IMG/VR virus record: IMGVR_UViG_3300036846_000489
Location: 11,089-75,088 of that record
DNA from: a virus
Direction: 5' to 3' (one strand)
DNA length: 64,000 nt
In this document: positions 49,266 to 57,777 of the stretch, piece after piece
Numbering within the stretch: position 1 is the stretch's first letter
Layout of the letters: each line of letters starts with the position of its first letter
The notes under the pieces: model-generated
Databases searched by the model: none
What the model saw: only the letters and a program-made list of their open reading frames with translations
Told to the model about the DNA's origin: nothing
Position numbers and translations under genes: made by a program

Positions 49266-49481
49266 TCAACCTCCTGTCTTCCACCATCGGCCGTGATCGC
49301 CCAGAGTGTATTTCTGGCCGACCCCGACGCCGAGGCCAAAGCCGAACAGAAGATGGCATCTCAGGCACATCATTGCCCACGGCCCCCGACGGGTTGCTCC
49401 ATCAACAAAGTCGGTGTTGAGGGAGCCGCGGCAGATGGCACAGGCAACAGGCTTGCTGCCTTGCCAGTAAAGCTTGGTCAT
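49266..49481 (-). CDS. Zn-finger protein
   Basis: C.IC..FVDG.T..GPWA.MC..C..G.GLG.G.GQKY. Confidence 0.7.
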   Translation of the reverse strand: MTKLYWQGSKPVACAICRGSLNTDFVDGATRRGPWAMMCLRCHLLFGFGLGVGVGQKYTLGDHGRWWKTGG

Positions 49482-49566
49482 TTGGTGTCCTTTCCGTTTC
49501 CCCCGATCCGCTGATCGAGGCGGTGGCAGCACCGCACAGCGGCGGGCTGCCCCCGTCCGGATCAGA

Positions 49567-50121
49567 TCATTCCATCCAGAAACAATTATACCGTTCGCGT
49601 TTCGCCATCCGGCACTTCAGGTTGTTCGCCTCGGCGATCCCTCGCAGATAGGCGAACCACTTCGCACTGGTCTGACCCGTGTGATCGCTGAGTTCCTTTC
49701 TCGAAACCCCCTGCGGCCGGCGAGATTGCTCGACTGCCCAATCGACGAACCCGGCGGGCAGTTTGGAGAGGCTGGGACCGCCCTTGATCTCCGGCCCCCG
49801 GTATTCCCCAGGCTCGACTTCTTCCGGCTTGGGAGAAGCCTCAGCGGCCTTCCTGGCAGCCTTCTTCGGCGCCGGCGCTTTCTTCGCGGTCGGTGCCGCC
49901 GCTTTCTTCTTCTTCGCAGCCTCGATACGCACGACGTTGCTTCCTTCATCGTCAGGAAGCGGACGATCAATCAGGCACCACTTGCCTTCAGCATTCTGTC
50001 CCGGCATGTGGTCGGCACCGAGCAGACGCAGACCGGAGCGCTTGAACTCCTTCTCCATGTCTTCCTTGCTGTCCCATGTCCGAGTTTGTGCCTCGACAAT
50101 GGTCATGCGTGTAGCGGCCAT
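49567..50121 (-). CDS. K/A-rich protein with DUF3489-like winged-helix domain
   Basis: AAKKKKAAAPTAKKAPAPKKAA linker; RPQGVSRKEL..TG. Confidence 0.6.
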   Translation of the reverse strand: MAATRMTIVEAQTRTWDSKEDMEKEFKRSGLRLLGADHMPGQNAEGKWCLIDRPLPDDEGSNVVRIEAAKKKKAAAPTAKKAPAPKKAARKAAEASPKPEEVEPGEYRGPEIKGGPSLSKLPAGFVDWAVEQSRRPQGVSRKELSDHTGQTSAKWFAYLRGIAEANNLKCRMAKRERYNCFWME

Positions 50122-50231
50122 GAATGTGTCCTTCTGTCCGTGGTGGAAATTCCCGGGACTGGCCCAGGCGGAAAAAGCGTGGGGCAGAGGTTTCCCCCTG
50201 CCCCGAGTTGTTTCCGTCACGGTCAGTCAGA

Positions 50232-50651
50232 TCAGGCGCGCTTGCGCACTGCGATCTTGGTCAGCTTGAACACCGGCTTGCCGCCAGAGACGCTGTAGGC
50301 GAGGCCGTTGCTCGTGGCCAACCGTTCTACCCATGGCCGCCACGCCACTTGGTTCTGTCCGGCTCGGCGCGCCAGCATGGCCCGCGTTACCCCTCCCGGA
50401 CTGGACGCCATCTCCAATACCATCTTCGCGAAATCCTTCGGCAGGATGGTATCGTTGACCGGCGGCATCGGCGTTCTGGCTTTTCTCGGCGCTCTGGCTT
50501 TTCTTTCTGCCCGAGGCTTCCGAGCCGACTTCTTCGCTTCCCGGCCCGGTTTCGGGCCTTGACGCCCCCCGGCCACTACCTTGAACTTCTCTGGCACCGC
50601 AGCCATGCGGGCTGAGGCGCTGTTCTTTTTCTTGATTACGGTCTTAGCCAT
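50232..50651 (-). CDS. Basic protein with DUF3489-like domain
   Basis: SSPGGVTRAML..AG..AWRP. Confidence 0.6.
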   Translation of the reverse strand: MAKTVIKKKNSASARMAAVPEKFKVVAGGRQGPKPGREAKKSARKPRAERKARAPRKARTPMPPVNDTILPKDFAKMVLEMASSPGGVTRAMLARRAGQNQVAWRPWVERLATSNGLAYSVSGGKPVFKLTKIAVRKRA

Positions 50652-50762
50652 TGTCTTAACCCTCTTGTTCGAAGACGCACGCCCGCAGTCGGGACGTGCC
50701 CCCGGCATACTGGCCGAGGCCGCAGCACCACCACGGTTTCCCGTGGGGTGCTCCGGTCCGGG

Positions 50763-52110
50763 TCAGGTATCGAAGTCGCGGCGATGCGCCGCTAGGATTT
50801 CCGCGATTTCCTCTGATGGGATCGGCTCGGCCCGATAGAGGATATCGATGTCCGGCACTTTGCTGATGATCATCCGGTAGCCGGGTGGCATTTTCTCCAG
50901 CAACATGAGAATGGTTGCTGCCACGTCGGCATTTTCATCGTTTACCATCCGTTTCTCCTTGCCCTAAAAAGCGAAAGCTGAGACCGTGATTGCCGTCGTT
51001 CTCCCCGACAAAGGATATCGCTGGATGCCCCTCGATCAACAGAAGGTCTTCGTAGAAGCTGTCCCATTCGTCGATCACGGTATCCATCTCTTCCCCTTCT
51101 TTCGGGTAGTTCTCGGCTATGTAGGCGTCGAGCGACATCTGCCGAGCCAATAATACGGCGTTGCCTTCTTCCTGGGCATTCACCCGGATCGCTTGCATGT
51201 AGCCTTCGTCTCCTATCAGGATGACGGTGTAGGGTTGCATTTGGTGTCCTTTCTCCCGAACCATTCTGGCCCAGGGAGAAACGTCGTCCGCAGACGACGC
51301 TTCCCTCACAGGTCAGGCTTCTTGGGGTTCGCCAAACAATTCCTTCCACATCTCGACCGTGGAGAACTGTTCGACCAGCTTCTTCGCCTCGTCCTCTGGC
51401 TGCGGCTCTATGCTCATGGTTTCGTAGCTCTTGACGAAGAGGTAGAACCGGGAGCTTGCGGTGCGATACAGGATCGCATGATCCCAGTGGAGATACTGGC
51501 CGAGGTCGCAGATCGGCTTTCCCTTATCCGTATCGTAGAGAACGCCGTCGATTATTTTCTGCATTTGGTGTCCGTCCTTCTGTCTCCCGTGCCAACCACT
51601 GGCCCAGGCGAGGACGGCCACGGTTCCCCGCGCCGCCTTCGTCTTGGTCAGATAAGTGGTTTCCATCCACCCCATGGGGGAAGCTCTTCGCCCCACCGTT
51701 TCTTCGGCTTCACCCTCTTGCTGCGTGCGGTCACCGCCCGATCATGGGCGGCTCCCAACGCGGCATCCGACATTGGTTTCTCTTTCGCCCGAGACCAGCT
51801 ATCGCTTGGCCCCACACGAAGCCGAACCTCTGGCACGCTTCCATAGGGCAGACCCTTCGCCTTGGATTTCCGGTTGGGATTTCCCTGACGAAGGAACTTC
51901 CTGCCCTTCGGATACGACCAGTTAATCCGAGACTTTTTCTTCACTCGGAATAGGCTCGAATATGACCGACCACTCGGGGTTTGATCCTTCCGGGTTGCAT
52001 CTGATTACGATCTGCTCTCCGGGAGAAAGGTCGTCGAGAAACTCGACCACCCGCTGAATGATGGCGAACCTTGGTTCTTCGTATTCGCGCTTGTTGGCGA
52101 CTTCTTCCAT
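50763..52110 (-). CDS. Small early genes (50763-50948, 50935-51240, 51313-51564, 51648-51773, 51922-52110)
   Basis: Motif RBS starts; KIIDG.LYDTDK..LYRT..FYL in 51313-51564; 50763 and 51922 share PG..EPIPSEE. Confidence 0.6.
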
Positions 52111-52792
52111 GTGTCTGTCCTTCCGTTCACACTCGTGCTCTGTCTTGGGGGCTTGCAACCCTCGGCAACCTTTCGGCTGACGGCGACATTCCGACCGACC
52201 CCCGTAGGGGCCGGGCGGTGAACAGAGGTTAAGGACACACCAAATTTTCGTATGAATACAACCGAGACTGTTTCGCCCTTCCCGCCCGCAAGATCGCCTC
52301 ACGGCTACCCTTACGACTTGTTCTCAGGCTAGGCTGTATCCACACGCCCGTATCCATTCACAATGCTGGCTTACACGCTGACGCCAGCAGACATCCGACA
52401 ACCCTGCTCACGCCCACCGGGCGTTTTTCTAGGTGTCGGTGTATCTACTGTGTCAGCCAGAGCGGGGCGCTCTTGGCAGGCTTACAAGGATCGCGCTCTC
52501 CCGGTATTCCCAACGCGCATTGATCCAGGGGGGTTTATGTTGCTGCCCATTTCGCCTTGCCAGTCTGATACCCTTTGCGACCTCTGTTGAGGTCGGGCCT
52601 TCTGGGTGGCACTATGGCGTGGCCGTGGTCCGCTCCTTGACACACTGTCGGCCAGCGTGTCACCTCGGACACCGTCCACTTGCACCTCGGAAGTTCTTTC
52701 CTCGCACGCTTGCAGCGCCCCATCTTCACCTGTCAAAGAACCCGCCGGGGTCGAAGGCGGGGCGGCCCGCCGCCCCTTTTCCTCCCGGCCAT
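52111..52792 (-). ncRNA. Long structured 5' leader / candidate large ncRNA
   Basis: No credible ORF between the strong promoter and first gene; many short hairpins, several with GNRA loops; boxA-like GTTCTTTGACA at 52731-52741. Confidence 0.6.
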
Positions 52793-52798
52793 TTTAAG

Positions 52799-52827
52799 AT
52801 CATAGCAAATTTTACCAGGTTTGTCAA
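52799..52827 (-). promoter_or_regulatory. Strong sigma70 early promoter
   Basis: TTGACA-17 bp-TATGAT. Confidence 0.88.
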
Positions 52828-52973
52828 GGTGGAGGATGCGCGGCGGTGGCGCCGTTCGCCGGTTTCCATCGTTGCTCATGTCCCAGGCGACACGCGACCC
52901 GCGAAACGATAACTTGCTTCGCCAATAGCTTTGCTTTATGCCGGGCGATGCTGTTCAATTGGGGAACGCCACC

Positions 52974-53639
52974 ATGAAAAAGCTCTTGTTTGCCGCCACC
53001 ATTCTTGCCGGCTCCTACCTGCCCGCTCTCGGTGCCACGACCGACACGTTCTGCGGCCCGTCGTCCGGTATGGGATGCGAGAACGGGTCCGACCTGATGG
53101 TATTTCTGCAAGACGCCACCGGCACGATGCACGGCTTCGGCAACATCGGCGGTCAGACCATGCTGCCGATCATGGACATCAACTCGGACGGCGGGATGAT
53201 GTCTCTATTGATCGACCTGAAGAACGGCTTCGCCACGATCAAACCGACCAACGGGATAAGCTTCAACGGCGTGGACATCACCATTCCCGGCTTCACCTTC
53301 ACCCAACTGGTATTCGATACCCAGTTGACGCCGGTCGCCGGCCAGAGCACCGACAGTTTCACCACCGAGGGCTTCACCGGGAACCACATCAGCGCCGGGA
53401 TCAATACCTTCATGGAGGCGGCGGACACCGACAAGGAATATTCCATCACCGCCGTAGGCGGTGCCTTCGATGAGGTGAATATCGCGGCCTTGACCGGCTT
53501 CGACGAGATCAAGCACATCGAAGTCGAGGGTCTGGCACCGGTTATCGTGGTCCCGGTCGCCGAACCGAAAGGTATTGCGATCATGGGCCTCGGCTTGCTC
53601 GCGCTCGGTGTCATTCAGGCCAAGCGGCGATGGAGTTGA
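52974..53639 (+). CDS. PEP-CTERM-like surface protein
   Basis: Signal peptide MKKLLFAATIL..; C-terminal VAEPKGIAIMGLGLLALGVIQAKRRWS. Confidence 0.8.
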   Translation: MKKLLFAATILAGSYLPALGATTDTFCGPSSGMGCENGSDLMVFLQDATGTMHGFGNIGGQTMLPIMDINSDGGMMSLLIDLKNGFATIKPTNGISFNGVDITIPGFTFTQLVFDTQLTPVAGQSTDSFTTEGFTGNHISAGINTFMEAADTDKEYSITAVGGAFDEVNIAALTGFDEIKHIEVEGLAPVIVVPVAEPKGIAIMGLGLLALGVIQAKRRWS

Positions 53640-53812
53640 CCTTCGCATTCTGAGTGGCGCTGTATCCTCGCCGGCGCGATCATGATGCTGCTCTATTCGG
53701 CGATGGTATTCGCGGCTGGCTTCGCACTTGGTCTGACCCTGGCACAGTAGCGCCTCGTTCTACGACCCCGACCTGCTTACAGCTTCGGCCCCTTGCGGGG
53801 CCGTTGCCGTGA

Positions 53813-54166
53813 TCATGGGCTGGTGCGGAAGCACTGCACCTTTCGCAGCACCGGCCATCGTTTGCCGTCCCAGTCGAAATGATCGACTTTCGGCTCGTAG
53901 TGGGCGCAGTTCCAATTTGTGTGTGGCCCATCCAGCGATCCTTCGGTGAAGCTCTCCCAGGTGATCGAATACCGTTCGGCCACCGATGGAATACCATTCG
54001 CCCGAGGCGGCGACGCGGTCGGCTGCGGTGCGTTCGCCAGACCTGCCGCTCTGTCCTGCGATAGGCCCTGTGCCTGCCGCCACTGCCACTCCACGATCTG
54101 TTCATGGTTCAGCCCGCATCCCGAGAGAAGCAAGCACACGATTGCCGTCGTTCTACGATTTGCCAT
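53813..54166 (-). CDS. Lipoprotein
   Basis: MANRRTTAIVCLLLSGC lipobox. Confidence 0.6.
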   Translation of the reverse strand: MANRRTTAIVCLLLSGCGLNHEQIVEWQWRQAQGLSQDRAAGLANAPQPTASPPRANGIPSVAERYSITWESFTEGSLDGPHTNWNCAHYEPKVDHFDWDGKRWPVLRKVQCFRTSP

Positions 54167-54167
54167 T

Positions 54168-54293
54168 TCACAGTGCCATCGCGAACAGCGCTGCCGCGAG
54201 CGCGCAGATCGTGGCGGCAAGGAACATCGTGGTCCGCTTGCTGGTATCCGGCTGCGGCCGGCGCGGGAATTGATCGTCTTTTGAGGCGTTCAT
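54168..54293 (-). CDS. Small membrane protein
   Basis: AAGGACACCACGATG start; C-terminal TM helix. Confidence 0.55.
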   Translation of the reverse strand: MNASKDDQFPRRPQPDTSKRTTMFLAATICALAAALFAMAL

Positions 54294-54309
54294 CGTGGTG
54301 TCCTTCCAC

Positions 54310-54336
54310 AGAAAGAAAGAGGGGCCGAAGCCCCTC
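54310..54336 (-). terminator. Intrinsic terminator
   Basis: GAGGGGC-TTCG-GCCCCTC-TTTCTTTCT on -. Confidence 0.75.
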
Positions 54337-54339
54337 GGG

Positions 54340-54567
54340 TCAGGCGAAGCGAGCCGCTTTGCTTGCCGGCATGAAGTAGAAGATCGCCCGACCGGCATTG
54401 GCCTTCTGGCCGGTGCCGATCACGAGCCGCAGCCCGACCGACTTGGCGACGTTCTTCATCCTGCCCCGCCATGCGCGGTGGCCGGCCCGAGCGCAGATCG
54501 CGTCGCGGGCAATACCCTGGCGGCGAGTTGCCTGGGCGATCAGCCAAAGATCGAACTTGGAATTCAT
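54340..54567 (-). CDS. DUF3489-like paralog
   Basis: WLIAQATRRQGIARDAICARAGHRAWR. Confidence 0.55.
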   Translation of the reverse strand: MNSKFDLWLIAQATRRQGIARDAICARAGHRAWRGRMKNVAKSVGLRLVIGTGQKANAGRAIFYFMPASKAARFA

Positions 54568-54674
54568 TACGAAGTCTCCTGGTCTACGAGGTTTTGCCGT
54601 TTCGCCGTTTCCGGCTCATCGGGCGGGACACGCATCCCGCGACGGCGGGCGGGGATTTCTCCCCGCCCTGGTAG

Positions 54675-55046
54675 TCACGACATGGACGGATCGGCCACCT
54701 CGGCGCCACCGATGAGCGGCAGGCGAGCCGCCCGCTCCGGCGCGACGAACCAGAACTTCGCCCGGTAGCGGTCGCCAGGGTGGTTGTTCGAGCCACCGTT
54801 CTCGTCCTTGCCGCCGCCGACGACGAGGGCCATCGCGTTGGCCTTCGCGACCTGATCGGCGTAGGGGCGCCACGCCCGAGGACCCTGGCCGGCGCGAGCC
54901 TGGATTTCCAGGCGCGAGACGCCGTCCCGAGAGGACGCCGCCGCGACCAGCCACTCGGCGAAGGACTGGCCCTCGACCTCGGGCAGGAGAGCGATGTCCG
55001 GACCCGCGAGAGTGGAGCCGGAGAGGAGCTTGGCAGACTTGGTCAT
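54675..55046 (-). CDS. DUF3489-like paralog
   Basis: WLVAAASSRDGVSRLEIQARAGQGPRAWRP. Confidence 0.6.
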   Translation of the reverse strand: MTKSAKLLSGSTLAGPDIALLPEVEGQSFAEWLVAAASSRDGVSRLEIQARAGQGPRAWRPYADQVAKANAMALVVGGGKDENGGSNNHPGDRYRAKFWFVAPERAARLPLIGGAEVADPSMS

Positions 55047-55463
55047 GGTATTTCCCCTTTCTGGGGTTGTCCCGGGCGGCCCCTGCCGCCCCGCCGGACA
55101 ACTGGAATATGGTATTTTTTACCTGGAAAAACCAGGGAAATCGGGAGCAAACGGCCATTTTCAGATTACAAATCGGCAAGGTTCTGGCGCCGGGCTGGCG
55201 CCGCCCGACCCCTGGCGCCGGGCTGGCCCGCCCACACCGCCGCTACGGCCCCTGGCGGGCCGCTACGCGGCCCCTGGCGCCGCCCGCCACCCTGCCCCAC
55301 GGGGCGCCCTGGCCGCCGCGTAGGAGGCTCCTAGGGGCGTCCGCTGGCTGGGCGGCGTCTACGCTGCTGAGACGCGCGCAGCGCACGGCCGCCCCGCGCT
55401 GGCGCTTTTCGCTCGACGTGGCGGGGCCAGCGGTCTACGCCTCGCTCGCCTTTCGGAACGAAC

Positions 55464-56089
55464 CTATGACCAAGCCAGATCGATGCCGATCCGGCGCAGC
55501 GCCGGAATACATGCGTCGCGCAATCGACCGTTTGGTCCGCCGCCACGATATCGCTTGCAGTAGCGGATCAAACGGGCAAGCAGTTCATCGGTCAGAACGC
55601 ACTGCAACGTCGCCTTGTCGGTGGTCGTGACGATGCGGTTTTCCAATCGCTGATAGCCTCCCAACAAGCCGGACGGTCCCGGCTCGTTGAACTTCATCCG
55701 ATGGTATTCGTGGTCGAAGAATGTCAGCGTGGTCGTTGGCTCTGTCGGTGGATTTTTGTTCGCCTTCCTCATGACGCCGCCCTCCTGGCCGCTTCGACCA
55801 ACCCGGACGGGATGGCCTTCGCGAGTATTTTTCCCTGCCGGTTCGGCTTCACGACTTTCGCCTCTTCCGGGTGGCGATACAGCAGGTTCAAGGTGACGAT
55901 CAGTTCACCGGGAACGTGTTTCGTCGTGCCGTTGAGGTGGTTCGTCAGGTTGCGGATCAGCAGTGCCTCAGGACGCGGATCGCCTAGCGCGATCAACAGG
56001 CGGGCGAACGACGTGGTGGTGTGCCCCAGGCCGGCAATTCGCAGTCCCAACTCGTGCGGGGTCATCGAATACATGGTTGCCTCCTTCAA
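55464..56089 (-). CDS. Two hypothetical genes (55464-55772; 55769-~56075, HTH-like)
   Basis: ATGA coupling; MTPHEL..LG.T..FARLL. Confidence 0.55.
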
Positions 56090-56219
56090 GGAACATGGTA
56101 AAAAATGTTAGCACATTCAGCGTCCCGGCCAAGGTCTTTGTGTCAATGGCTCCTTCGCCTCGCCACGTGGTATGTGGAAGGTGCGGCGCGACTGGCTTAC
56201 CTGCACATGGGAGTGTGAA

Positions 56220-56852
56220 ATGGACTTCCGGGTGTTCAACCAAACTGAAGGCATCCTGTTTCAGGACAACGAGATCGCCGTTCGGTCGGTGAGCGGCGTC
56301 GTTGATCTGATCCGGACTGAAGGCACGTTTTTCTTCGTCGTCACCGAAGGCACGCCGGATGTGAATGGCTACCGACTTCGCCCTGGGATGTATGGCAGCG
56401 TGCCGCGCTTGTTCTCCTGCCTCGGGCACGACTTCAGGATCATGCTGGTGGAGGCGAGGGGTTACGCTGGATTGTTCTCCATCGGTGGTCCGGTCGAGCC
56501 GGTCGGACGGCTGAAATACATCGACGGCTGCACTGACACCGGGCTGCTTCAGCCGCCCAGACAGGGCGATCCGTGCCTGAATGCCTTGTTTTTTCCGCCC
56601 GGTATTGCCCAGACCGCGCACACCCATCCGTCCCATCGGGTCGGCACGGTGTATAGCGGGCACGGCCTCTGCATCACGCCGAGCCGAACGGTGGAAATGC
56701 ACCGGCACGACATCTGGATCATCCCCAAGGACACGGTGCATCACTTCGTCACCGAGGCTGACGACATGCGGGTGATCGTGTTCCATCCCGACAGCGAGGT
56801 CGGTCCTACCGACGAACGCCATCAGATGCTTGAAGCCACGGTGATCGCATGA
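56220..56852 (+). CDS. Cupin-fold protein
   Basis: GRLKYIDGC.D..GDPCLN.L.FP..QT.HTHPS.R.G..H.F.T..FHPDS. Confidence 0.8.
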   Translation: MDFRVFNQTEGILFQDNEIAVRSVSGVVDLIRTEGTFFFVVTEGTPDVNGYRLRPGMYGSVPRLFSCLGHDFRIMLVEARGYAGLFSIGGPVEPVGRLKYIDGCTDTGLLQPPRQGDPCLNALFFPPGIAQTAHTHPSHRVGTVYSGHGLCITPSRTVEMHRHDIWIIPKDTVHHFVTEADDMRVIVFHPDSEVGPTDERHQMLEATVIA

Positions 56853-57061
56853 TCGAGGAATGCAGGACGCTCCGTCAGGAACTGAAGCCGCTCGCCGACA
56901 AGGTTCGTCAGGCAGCCAGGACCGGGAGTATTGAAGCCAACGAAAATATCCTCTTGGCGTTTCGCCACATGGAAGACGCCAGTATGCGGCTGGGCAAGGC
57001 AATCCAGGCGCTTGATGGCGGGGAAAGCGTCTATGACAAGAAAGAGGTTCCCGGCGCTTGA
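56849..57061 (+). CDS. Small helical hairpin protein
   Basis: N..LAFRHMEDASMRLGKAIQALDGG.SVYDK; coupled. Confidence 0.65.
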   Translation: MIEECRTLRQELKPLADKVRQAARTGSIEANENILLAFRHMEDASMRLGKAIQALDGGESVYDKKEVPGA

Positions 57062-57777
57062 AGCCGCAGTTCATCACCAGGGACGCGGTGCGGCCTGGGC
57101 GCATCGAGACCGCCATGGAGATTTTGGCGGAAGGCAAACGGAAGGGAAATTGCGTCATCGCCTACAGCGGTGGAAAGGACGGCCTCGCCGCTGCCTTGCT
57201 TGCCAAGGACGCCGGGATCAGCCTTGGGGTGTGCGAACTGTCTTTCACCTTCGCTAAACAGGAATGGGACATTCGTCTCACGGCACAGAGGCTCGGCTTC
57301 ACCATGATTTGGCGGAATAGCCTGTCCCTGTCCTGGCTGGCACAGCGGCCGCAATACGTGTTCAACCATGACCGCAAGCGGACCAATGAACTGATGCAGT
57401 TCCGCCAGAGAAACAGCGTCGAGAGGTTCGCCAAGCACAATCATATTCCGGTGGTCATCACCGGGCGGAAAAGCCAGGGAAATACCGTGGCGAGTGCAGT
57501 GCATAAGCGGGGAAACGGCACCTGGGGATGCCACCCTCTGCGGTCCTGGGATGAAGCCGACGTGTGGACGTTCCTGCGGGATCGCGGCGTTGCGACACCG
57601 TGGGTGTATCAAACCCCTATCGGGATCAGTCAGGGAAATACCGGTTGGCCGTTCTGCCGGGAATGTCCCGACATTCAGGGTAACTGGCGGGTCATCCATG
57701 ACATCGAACCTTCGGTTGTCGAGGCCGCCGCTTTGGTGGATGTTGTCGGTGCCCGAGACTTTCTGAGGACTGTCTGA
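57058..57777 (+). CDS. PAPS-reductase-family (PP-loop) protein
   Basis: AYSGGKDG PP-loop; ITGR..; PL..W...DVW. Confidence 0.85.
   Translation: MKPQFITRDAVRPGRIETAMEILAEGKRKGNCVIAYSGGKDGLAAALLAKDAGISLGVCELSFTFAKQEWDIRLTAQRLGFTMIWRNSLSLSWLAQRPQYVFNHDRKRTNELMQFRQRNSVERFAKHNHIPVVITGRKSQGNTVASAVHKRGNGTWGCHPLRSWDEADVWTFLRDRGVATPWVYQTPIGISQGNTGWPFCRECPDIQGNWRVIHDIEPSVVEAAALVDVVGARDFLRTV

Larger units (their letters stand above)
40886..51921 (-). repeat. Dispersed family of intergenic RNA hairpins (16 copies + 1 branched variant)
   Basis: 40886-40930, 42244-42295, 42932-42986, 43630-43683, 44344-44395, 45580-45622, 46368-46426, 47172-47228, 47758-47810, 48388-48436, 48935-48995, 49511-49565, 50159-50226, 50710-50766, 51266-51316, 51599-51651; variant 51830-51921; consensus on - CTGAYC-NN-GACS..stem-loop..SGCC-TSG-RYCAG. 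Confidence 0.9.

Noticed and set aside
40886-51921. CRISPR array or integron attC cassette array
   Set aside because: Repeats are separated by whole genes, vary internally, lack RYYYAAC/GTTRRRY cores, and no cas or integron integrase gene is present; inner loops favour RNA on the coding strand
51774-51944. N-terminal part of ORF 51648-51944
   Set aside because: Overlaps a branched hairpin; a better start with RBS is ATG 51773
52690-52710. RNase P RNA or tmRNA in the leader (GAGGAAAG)
   Set aside because: Lacks GAGGAAAGUCC continuation, the 3' conserved box and tRNA-like ends
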